12,723 bases of DNA from assembly GCA_031367385.1 (NCBI GenBank), contig JANLPS010000330.1, forward strand, positions 1-12,723, written 5' to 3'. This stretch comes from Archangium sp. GTDB taxonomy: Bacteria; Myxococcota; Myxococcia; Myxococcales; Myxococcaceae. Below the pieces are notes generated by a model. It searched no databases. It was not told the origin of the DNA and saw nothing but the letters and a program-made list of their open reading frames with translations. How positions within the stretch are numbered: position 1 is the first letter of the stretch; every line of letters begins with the position of its first letter. A program made the translations under genes and the position numbers. Below, piece by piece: positions 1 through 8,489 of this stretch.

Positions 1-693
1 CGCGTACTGAGAGATGTCGACGCCATGCGAAACGGCCATCAAGATCGCCACGCCTCCGAGCACCGCGAGCGCTCCCACGCCGACGGGCAGCGAGGCCGCA
101 ACCAGGGTGCGAAAGACCAGCAGCAGCACGATCAACGCCAACGGCAGTGAGATGAGCTCAGCGCGCTGGAGGTCGACCTCGAGCGTCGAGTTCAGGTTCT
201 CCATGAACGGAATTCGGCCGGTCGTCGTGATGTCGAGCGTGTCGGCCTTGAGCTCGGCGCGAATCGCGGGGTACGCGGCCAGCGCCTCTTTGAGCTCGCC
301 CTTGATGGTCACCAGCGCGAAGGCGACCTTGTCGGCGGCGTTTCGTCGCTGCCCAGCGGTCTCTGCGTCGACATCGGCGGTGCTCTGAACCGAGGCGACC
401 GTGGGGTCAGACCGCAGCGGAGCCAGCGCGGCCTCCATCGCCTGGTCGAAGTCGGGCGTGCCAGGGGCGAGGGTCTGCGAGCGAAAGAGCGCGACGAAGG
501 TGTTATCGGCGCTGCGACCCGCCACGGTCGCGACCAGCTGGTCGGCCCGCTCGGCCTCGAGGCCCTTGACCGTGCCTCCGGTGAGCTTGCCCCCAAGCGA
601 GAGCGCGACCAGGGCCAGCGCCAGCAGCACGCCCGCGGTGATCAATGTCGGCCAGCGGTGCCGAAAGATAAATTTGCCGAGGGTGTAGAACAT
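1..693 (-). CDS. MMPL-family (RND superfamily) membrane transporter, N-terminal part; runs off the left edge
   Basis: Absent from the ORF track, so translated by hand from ATG at 693 with an open frame to base 1: MFYTLGKFIFRHRWPTLITAGVLLALALVALSLGG...TTTGRIPFMENLNSTLEVDLQRAELISLPLALIVLLLVFRTLVAASLPVGVGALAVLGG. An N-terminal TM helix, a soluble loop and DL.RAE.I.LP.AL.VLL.VF followed by further TM helices are typical of MMPL proteins. Confidence 0.88.
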   Translation of the reverse strand, partial: MFYTLGKFIFRHRWPTLITAGVLLALALVALSLGGKLTGGTVKGLEAERADQLVATVAGRSADNTFVALFRSQTLAPGTPDFDQAMEAALAPLRSDPTVASVQSTADVDAETAGQRRNAADKVAFALVTIKGELKEALAAYPAIRAELKADTLDITTTGRIPFMENLNSTLEVDLQRAELISLPLALIVLLLVFRTLVAASLPVGVGALAVLGGVAILMAVSHGVDISQYA

Positions 694-704
694 ACGCGCC
701 TTCC

Positions 705-721
705 AGCAAGATCAGGGCCTT
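705..721 (-). promoter_or_regulatory. Candidate sigma54 (-24/-12) promoter of the MMPL gene
   Basis: Minus strand AAGGCCCTGATCTTGCT has GG (719-718), exactly 10 nt, then GC (707-706), resembling YTGGCACGNNNNTTGCW. It lies 12 nt upstream of the ATG. Confidence 0.4.
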
Positions 722-785
722 CGGGCAAGCGCGCACTCTCTCAGGCAAGCCCCTGTGCGCTGGCGCTCACTGTGACCACTCGGCG

Positions 786-1277
786 TCAATAAAGGGGACA
801 GGCTGTTCGGGGCAGGTTCGCGAAGGCTTCGAGGTCGGCGGCGAGCCTGGTGTTCGTCTTGGTGAAATTGTCTTGGTCAGGCAGCGCGCGGGCCTCGGCG
901 GCGGCCTCTTCGAACGTCTTGACGATGACCATCTTCTCGGAGCTGACGAGGTTGAGCCCCGCCAAGAACGTTCGAGTGATGATCGCCCCGAGCCCTCTGG
1001 CGGTCACCACCACGATGTTCGCGCGTCGCAACTTTGCCAATGCAGGCGCCTCTCGAGCCAGGCGCTCGCGCACGTCTTTGTCGGGCACCTTGTTCGCGGA
1101 GGCCGCCACCGAGATGAAGGTGACCTGGCCTCCGTTGGCCGCGGCAATCGCCCGGTGATGCTTGTCGAGTGCGTCGAGGGCTTCGAGCGTCAGCTCATTG
1201 AACCACACCGAGACATAGACAGACCCAACGTGCCCCAATCGGCACTGCGGCAATTCTTGAAGCAGGGTGACTGGCAC
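786..1277 (-). CDS. Hypothetical protein, SpoIIAA/STAS-SEC14-like alpha/beta fold (163 aa)
   Basis: GTG start 9 nt after the upstream stop. The pattern VYVSVW..ELT...LDAL / FISV....KVPDKDVRERL / IVVVTARGLGAIITRTFL / VKTFEEAA matches small SpoIIAA-like proteins. The fold call is by eye. Confidence 0.6.
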   Translation of the reverse strand: MPVTLLQELPQCRLGHVGSVYVSVWFNELTLEALDALDKHHRAIAAANGGQVTFISVAASANKVPDKDVRERLAREAPALAKLRRANIVVVTARGLGAIITRTFLAGLNLVSSEKMVIVKTFEEAAAEARALPDQDNFTKTNTRLAADLEAFANLPRTACPLY

Positions 1278-1286
1278 TCAGCCACT

Positions 1287-2639
1287 CTAGCGCCCCAACG
1301 CGAATCGCAGCGCAACTTCGAGGGTCTCGTGCAGAAACGAGAACCCCGAGTCGTGCAGCGCCTTGGGCGAGACCCGCTGACCCGCCAAAATCGTGCCCTC
1401 AGCCATTTCTCCGAAGAGGGCCTTGAGCGCAAATGAGGGTATCGGCGCGATCGCCGGGCGGGCCAGCACCCGGCCCAGCGTCTTGGCGAAGTCGTGGCTC
1501 GTCACCGGGTTGGGAGCGACCAGGTTCACCGGCCCCTTCACCGACTCGGTGAACAGCGCGTGGTTCATCGCTCCGAGCATGTCTTCGAGGCCGATCCAGC
1601 TCATCCACTGGGTGCCGGGGCCGGTCGGGCCCCCCACCCCTGCGTTGAACGGGGTCAACAGCTTTGCCAGCGCCCCTCCGCGGGGCGAGAGCACCAAGCC
1701 GGTTCGAAGGCAGGCCACCCGGGTGCCGACCGAGACCACGCTCTGGGCGGCCGCCTCCCAGTCTTGGCAGAGGCCGGCCAAGAACGCCGCGCCGCGGGGT
1801 GACCGAACGCCCACCGGGCTGGCCTCGTCGAGCAGCTCGTCGTGCCGGTCGCCGTAGATGCCGATGGCCGAGCCACTGAGCAGCACCTTCGGAGGCACTT
1901 TGAGGGCCTTGATGGCGTCGGCGAGCTTGGCGGTCATCACCGTACGGCTCTCGACGAGCTCTTTCTTGCGAGCGTCGGTCCACCGCTCGTCGGCGACGCC
2001 TGCCCCGGCCAGGTGAATCACGGCATCGGCCCCTTCGAGCGCGCTGGCGTCGAACCCATGGTCTGCCGCCCGCTTCACCGCGCGCACCGTGTGGCCACCG
2101 GTGGTCAAAAAGGGCACCAGGGCTGAGCCAATCAACCCGCTGGCCCCGGTGATGGCGATGGTCATTCGAGGCGCTTTCGCGAACCGGGCGTGCCGCTCGA
2201 GGTCGGCCCGCGTGATGGCGTGCCGGTAGGCGAAGACCGTGTCGAGCTTGTGCTTGGCGAAGTGGCCTCCGAAGAGCTCGCCCAACGACCCCAGCGGCAA
2301 TTCGTAGTCGATGGAGTCTTCGAGCACGCTCTGGTCGGCCGTCGGGCCAGGGAGGGTGCGGTGGGTGTGCTCCCATTTGCGAAAGGGGCCCCCCTGTTGC
2401 TCGTCGCGAAAGAGCACTCCCGGCTCGTAGGCGGTGTGCACCGCCGACCAGGTCTGGGGTACCGGCCCGATGTGCATTCGCAGCACGGTTTTGGCGCCGA
2501 CATCGAGCCCCCCGGTTCGCTCAACGATTTCAACGGGGTCGAAGGGCGGGTTGAGCCGCTCGAAGGCACCCGGGCGCTCATGCCAGGCAAAGAGGGCTGA
2601 CGGCGAGACCGGCAAAGTGCTGCGTTTTGAGAAATTCAC
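1287..2639 (-). CDS. TIGR01777-family NAD(P)-dependent epimerase/oxidoreductase (YfcH-like) with N-terminal SRPBCC domain
   Basis: N-terminal ~150 aa LFAWHERPGAFERLNPP...FRDEQQGGPFRKWEHTH...LEDSIDYELPLG is SRPBCC-like. It is followed by the Rossmann motif IAITGASGLIG, AVIHLAG, RWTDARKKELVESR, SGSAIGIYGDR, FLAGLCQDWE, LRTGLVL, GTQWMSWI and GPVNLVAPNPV. Confidence 0.93.
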   Translation of the reverse strand: MNFSKRSTLPVSPSALFAWHERPGAFERLNPPFDPVEIVERTGGLDVGAKTVLRMHIGPVPQTWSAVHTAYEPGVLFRDEQQGGPFRKWEHTHRTLPGPTADQSVLEDSIDYELPLGSLGELFGGHFAKHKLDTVFAYRHAITRADLERHARFAKAPRMTIAITGASGLIGSALVPFLTTGGHTVRAVKRAADHGFDASALEGADAVIHLAGAGVADERWTDARKKELVESRTVMTAKLADAIKALKVPPKVLLSGSAIGIYGDRHDELLDEASPVGVRSPRGAAFLAGLCQDWEAAAQSVVSVGTRVACLRTGLVLSPRGGALAKLLTPFNAGVGGPTGPGTQWMSWIGLEDMLGAMNHALFTESVKGPVNLVAPNPVTSHDFAKTLGRVLARPAIAPIPSFALKALFGEMAEGTILAGQRVSPKALHDSGFSFLHETLEVALRFALGR

Positions 2640-2692
2640 GATTTGAAGACCACCCCTCGACGTTGAAAAAGAGTCTCTGTAGATATCGGGGC

Positions 2693-3655
2693 ATGGCTGT
2701 TCGCGCTTCGGGAAAACCGGTTGTTGTGCCCCCTTCTTCGACGACCCCGGAGGTCAAAAGAGAGCCGGTCAGCGAGCCCGGAGTGCTGGCCAAGACCCTC
2801 GAGACGCTCACCCAGCTCGTGCCGGTGTGGCGGGCGGCGCAGCCAGTTCGAACCAAGCCAGCAGTGCCTGGAGTTGCCAGCTTCACCGCGGCGATGGCGA
2901 GTGACGTGTCGCACGATGGGTGGCTGTTGGGGGCCGGTGGCAAGCTCTACCCGCCACAGACCTTCTCGGCCGACGTGCCAGGCCTCATGCCGGTCGATGG
3001 CCGGCCCATTCGCGAGCGCGTGATGTGGGTCAACGGCATCATGACGCCCACGCCATTGCATCAACAAGACATGCAGGCGCTGGCCAACACCGGGCGTGAG
3101 GTGGTCGGGGTTCGCAACGCCACCCGCGGCATGTTTCGAGACCTGAGCCAGTGCATTCTCGACAAGCTCGACCTGGGCCAAAACCCCGCCGTCGACACCA
3201 CCAAGCGAGCCATTCTCGACGCCATCAAGGCGAACCAGCCGTTGCACCTGATCGGCCACAGCCAGGGGGCGCTCATTCTCTCGCGGGCGCTGTTCGAGGT
3301 GCGCAATTCGCTGATGCTCGAGGGCGGCATGAACGCCGCGACGGCCGAGGCCACGTTGAGCAACATCAAGGTCACCACGCTCGGCGGTGCCGCGGCACGC
3401 TGGCCCGATGGGCCGCGGTATACGCACTGGGTCAACGCGTACGACACGGTGCCAGTGTCGTCGGGCGTGGCAGCGCCCCTCTCGCAGCCCGGCAAGGGTG
3501 CCGTGATTCGCCAGTTCAAAGAGCTCAACGCGCCGTCGCACATGCCTGACACCACCGACGGGCTGGTCAACTACCTCGCGCGCTTCGTCGACCGAACGAG
3601 CCACGGCCCGCAAGATGTGTACCTGAAGCACCTCATCGCAGACGACAGGCCATGA
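2693..3655 (+). CDS. Alpha/beta-hydrolase (lipase/esterase-like) with Pro/Ser/Thr/Val-rich N-terminal extension (320 aa from ATG 2693)
   Basis: Nucleophile elbow LHLIGHSQG at 3254-3268, upstream WVNGIMT and VRNATRG, and downstream VTTLGGAA. Candidate acid in NAYDTVP and candidate His in RTSHG..VY. ATG 2693 is preferred over the track start (2627), which overlaps the divergent gene. No signal peptide. Confidence 0.8.
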   Translation: MAVRASGKPVVVPPSSTTPEVKREPVSEPGVLAKTLETLTQLVPVWRAAQPVRTKPAVPGVASFTAAMASDVSHDGWLLGAGGKLYPPQTFSADVPGLMPVDGRPIRERVMWVNGIMTPTPLHQQDMQALANTGREVVGVRNATRGMFRDLSQCILDKLDLGQNPAVDTTKRAILDAIKANQPLHLIGHSQGALILSRALFEVRNSLMLEGGMNAATAEATLSNIKVTTLGGAAARWPDGPRYTHWVNAYDTVPVSSGVAAPLSQPGKGAVIRQFKELNAPSHMPDTTDGLVNYLARFVDRTSHGPQDVYLKHLIADDRP

Positions 3656-4053
3656 CCCTCGTCGACGCGCAAGACATGGTGCGCGGGTTCTTCGGTGCGT
3701 TGGGCATCAGCTCTCCCGGGCTGACCCCCAGGGGCCTGGGAGGCGCCGCGGTCGACGCCACCCCGGTCGCGTTCAAGTTCGAAGCCGAGGTGCTGCGGTG
3801 CATGGCGGTGGTCTTTCGCTTTCGCGAGCCGGCGACCCCGCAGGTGCTCGATCAGTTGATGGCTTACGACCTGACTCACGGGTTGTCAGATGGGCGAGGC
3901 AAGCTGGTGTACGACGCCGACAGCCTGCTGCTCGCCGTCGAGCGAACGTACACGAAGCCGATGACCGCGAAAGAATTCGCGCCCGAGCTGCTCGAGCTGG
4001 TTCGTCGGGCGGTGCAGTGGTCGAGCGAAGGCATCTTCGAAGCGATGCCGTAG
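3652..4053 (+). CDS. Small protein resembling class I type III secretion chaperones (CesT/SycE/YbjN fold), 133 aa
   Basis: ATGA overlap with the hydrolase stop. Mildly acidic (17 D/E vs 13 K/R by my count). The pattern reads as helix, three strands, helix, two strands (GKLVYD, LLLAVER), then an amphipathic C-terminal helix EFAPELLELVRRAVQW with the typical F...W. The CDS is likely real; the fold is inferred. Confidence 0.6.
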   Translation: MTLVDAQDMVRGFFGALGISSPGLTPRGLGGAAVDATPVAFKFEAEVLRCMAVVFRFREPATPQVLDQLMAYDLTHGLSDGRGKLVYDADSLLLAVERTYTKPMTAKEFAPELLELVRRAVQWSSEGIFEAMP

Positions 4054-4117
4054 CGTGCACCGGCGCCTCGCATGGTGCGCCCAAGATATCGCGGTGCCGT
4101 CTCGAGGTGATGACGCA

Positions 4118-5677
4118 TCACTGCATGCGTTTCAAGAACTCGACCAGCGCCTCTTTTTCATCATCTTTGAGCGTGGTCCCGTAGCGGTGACCGGCGTTGC
4201 CGTTGCCAGGCAGGGCGGTGTCGTACAAAGAGTACTCACCACATCCGTTGTCGCTGTTCGCGAGCTCTGAAACGAAACCAACTTTTTCCCAGTCGAAGAG
4301 AGGGTCTCCGCGACAGAACTTTTGTGGTCTCCTTTCGGGCTCGTTCAGGAGCTCCCGCAGCGAAGGCACTGACCCGTTGTGCAGATAGGGCGCGCGCAAC
4401 CAGACACCGTCGAGCATGGTATTGACGTACCCCCTTTGCGGGCTGAAATTGCGGAGCTGCCACTCCCCAGTCCCAAGTCGATTGAGGGCGGCGGCCAGCT
4501 CGGGCGTGAAGTCCTTCATTCTCCCGGGGTCGGTTCCCAAGTCCTCCTGAGTCTCGACTTTGCCGATGCGGCTGCCAGTCGCGGCGTGGCATTGCGCGCA
4601 CTCACGCTCGAAGAGCGTTTCTCCCTTGTCACGGAGTGCTGCGCGAGCTTGCTCACTCGCACCAGCCACGTACTCTGGTGGCACGCGGTCTTCGTAGCGC
4701 GGAGCTTGGAGTGTCATCGTCCACTCTGTCAGTCGTTTCATCCGCTCGAAATCGACGAACTCAAGCTTTGGTCCGATGAGCGCAAGCGCCGAAACCAGGT
4801 TTCGCTCCTCGAGGACCTCCGTGTTGCCGTCCCAGTGCATGCGCATGCCCACACGCGGCTTCTGATTGAAGATCGGGGGGAAGTCGGCGATGCCCGCTAC
4901 AGCTTCGCGCTGCGGAGGGCTGACGAAAACCCGCTTGTACAACGCCCAGGTGTCAACGCGGCCCGGCCCGAAGTCAGTGAGGCGGGTGGGGCTGTTGACC
5001 GCGATAAAATCGAAATTCTTCTTCACCTCACGCAAGAGCCCAGGAAACGCGGGGATGAAGACGTATCGGTAAAGCATGCGCTCTGCGAACGTGAGTTGTT
5101 TGTTCTGTCTCCGAGCTTCATTGATGATCGCCTCCATCACGATGTCAGGGGTGAATCGCTCGCTTTCGAAAGCAGCAAACATGAACAAGAAGTACTGCTC
5201 GATGTTGATGCTGTTGCCCGTGCCACCGAGAACGAGCTCGACTTTCTGACCGGGGCTGCGGCGCAACGTCGTCACGTGGCAAAACGCGCAATTCGGCCCC
5301 ACGAAGCTGACTCCAAAGACCTTTCGCGTCGAAAACCCGATTGGCCGCTCAAGGGCCGTCACTCCAGCGGCGGCGTTCATTGGAGTCGGCATGACGTCTT
5401 CGGTCACCAGACCAAATGCCCCAAAGCCACTCTGTTGAGACCGAGGCGCGACTCGCGGATCCATGGTCTGTGCAGGTGGAAAAAGCTCAGGCAACACCTT
5501 CCACATCCAGTACGGAATAGGAGCCGCCGCGAGCGGGTGGTCGGCCCCGATCGAGCCATATTTGAATTGTGACTCGATCGACGCAAAGTCTTCAGGTTGA
5601 CCGAATCGGTTAAGCCAGACGATCGCCATCACACCCGTGAGGGCCAACACGCCGAGGAGCCATGATCGCTTTTTCAC
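4118..5677 (-). CDS. Exported or membrane-anchored di-heme cytochrome c, RoxA/MauG/CcP-motif superfamily (519 aa)
   Basis: N-terminal MKKRSWLLGVLALTGVMAIVWL. Two heme-binding motifs, CAFCH (5276-5290) and CAQCH (4586-4600). Also FKYGSIG, GPGRVD, MHWDGN, GTDPGR, LDGVWLRAPYLHNGSVPSL and C-terminal GNGNAGHRYG..L...EK.ALVEFLK. A purine-rich tract precedes the GTG start. Confidence 0.85.
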   Translation of the reverse strand: MKKRSWLLGVLALTGVMAIVWLNRFGQPEDFASIESQFKYGSIGADHPLAAAPIPYWMWKVLPELFPPAQTMDPRVAPRSQQSGFGAFGLVTEDVMPTPMNAAAGVTALERPIGFSTRKVFGVSFVGPNCAFCHVTTLRRSPGQKVELVLGGTGNSINIEQYFLFMFAAFESERFTPDIVMEAIINEARRQNKQLTFAERMLYRYVFIPAFPGLLREVKKNFDFIAVNSPTRLTDFGPGRVDTWALYKRVFVSPPQREAVAGIADFPPIFNQKPRVGMRMHWDGNTEVLEERNLVSALALIGPKLEFVDFERMKRLTEWTMTLQAPRYEDRVPPEYVAGASEQARAALRDKGETLFERECAQCHAATGSRIGKVETQEDLGTDPGRMKDFTPELAAALNRLGTGEWQLRNFSPQRGYVNTMLDGVWLRAPYLHNGSVPSLRELLNEPERRPQKFCRGDPLFDWEKVGFVSELANSDNGCGEYSLYDTALPGNGNAGHRYGTTLKDDEKEALVEFLKRMQ

Positions 5678-5817
5678 GGTGAGTCTCTCTCTTCTCTTGA
5701 TTGACGACCGAGACTACCCAGCTTTCGCCACGGGGCGGCCTTTGCCAAGCGTCGAAGCTCTCTGAGCTTTCGTATCAATAGCCAATACCGTCTCGCCAAA
5801 TTCAAGCCCGTCAACTC

Positions 5818-5883
5818 TCATGGTGAGCCTGTCGAACCACGAACCACGAACCACGAACCACGAGGCCTCGCCGCTCAGGTGAC
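5818..5883. repeat. REP-like palindromic element with an internal (CGAACCA)x4 tandem repeat
   Basis: TCATGGT-GAGCCTGTCGA-ACCACGA forms an imperfect hairpin. CGAACCA is repeated perfectly four times at 5833-5860, plus CGA, and is followed by a degenerate GCTCAGGTGAC. Confidence 0.7.
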
Positions 5884-5887
5884 CCGA

Positions 5888-6445
5888 CTACTGCTCGGCG
5901 CAGAGCAGGCGAAGCTTGGTCGCGCAGGGGTATGTTCCTTCGTCGAGCCAGCCGTCGCCGCCGCTCGGCACGACATCGCCGATGGTCCCGCTCTGCGTTG
6001 AGACGTCGGTGGTCCACCCCGTGCAGTCGGCTCGAGCGCCCGTCCACACCGAGGTGCCGCTGACGCTCGTACCGGCGACGTCGTAGACCAGCGCCGCCAA
6101 CGGAGCCTTCGAGAGCCCTGCTCGATTTGCAAAAATGACGACTGCGTTGATGCTCATGAATGGGCCCGGGCCCGAGAATCGCGTGAGCGCATTGGCTCCG
6201 ATGACGGCAAGCCAGGTGCCGGTCAGGCCCGCGTTCGCGGCCGTTGACTGACATGTCGAGTCTGCTGCGCTCGCGCCTCCGAAAGCGCCTGAAACCTTCG
6301 CCGACAGAAACAGCCGTCTGTTCATCTGGGGAGCGCCGTTTCCTGCGTCGAGTTGACCTGCGTCTTGCGAGGCACTTGGCGCCATCGCGCCGCACCCGCA
6401 GAGAAGCAACCCGAGACATCGCGTGCTGAAAGGTCTCACTGACAC
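5888..6445 (-). CDS. Putative lipoprotein with DUF1554/endostatin-like (C-type-lectin-like) domain (185 aa)
   Basis: Lipobox-like LGLLLCGC and a DAG..DAG linker. RLFLS....GAFGGASAADSTCQ..A..AGL.GTWLA, VWTG, CTGWT and C-terminal C..KLRLLCAEQ are characteristic of this domain. Confidence 0.8.
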   Translation of the reverse strand: MSVRPFSTRCLGLLLCGCGAMAPSASQDAGQLDAGNGAPQMNRRLFLSAKVSGAFGGASAADSTCQSTAANAGLTGTWLAVIGANALTRFSGPGPFMSINAVVIFANRAGLSKAPLAALVYDVAGTSVSGTSVWTGARADCTGWTTDVSTQSGTIGDVVPSGGDGWLDEGTYPCATKLRLLCAEQ

Positions 6446-6457
6446 GGGCGGGCTCGC

Positions 6458-8416
<1,959 letters not shown>

Positions 8417-8426
8417 TGAGCGGCCG

Positions 8427-8455
8427 ACCGTACAGTCGCGCCCCCCGCGCATCAA
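8427..8455 (-). promoter_or_regulatory. Candidate sigma70-type promoter of aspS
   Basis: Minus strand TTGATG (8455-8450), 17 nt, TACGGT (8432-8427), then 10 nt to the ATG with no Shine-Dalgarno sequence. Confidence 0.6.
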
Positions 8456-8489
8456 TGAAGATGACGAAGCGTGCTACAACTGCCCGGGC

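Noticed and set aside
14..748. Track ORFs 14-388, 309-596, 401-688 and 503-748
   Set aside because: All overlap the MMPL frame (693 to 1), which the track omitted because its stop lies outside the window.
2660..2692. CCGATAT / GATATC as a sigma28-like -10 box for the hydrolase cassette
   Set aside because: The best match is on the opposite strand and no correctly spaced -35 element was found.
4054..4117. GCACC...GGTGC inverted repeat between convergent genes as a terminator
   Set aside because: Short stem, large loop and no U-tract; expected by chance at this GC content.
4379..5572. 397-aa plus-strand ORF antisense to the di-heme cytochrome
   Set aside because: Shadow ORF with no recognisable motifs; the opposite strand carries clear heme-binding motifs.
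5753..5772. Hairpin AAGCTC-TCT-GAGCTT as an intrinsic terminator
   Set aside because: Short stem and no U-tract on the minus strand, which is the transcribed one here.
5833..5863. Tandem repeat considered as a CRISPR array, or as coding sequence of ORF 5811-6419 (VVRGSWFVVR)
   Set aside because: 7-bp units with no spacers and no cas genes. The ORF is an Arg-rich alternate frame of the DUF1554-like gene.
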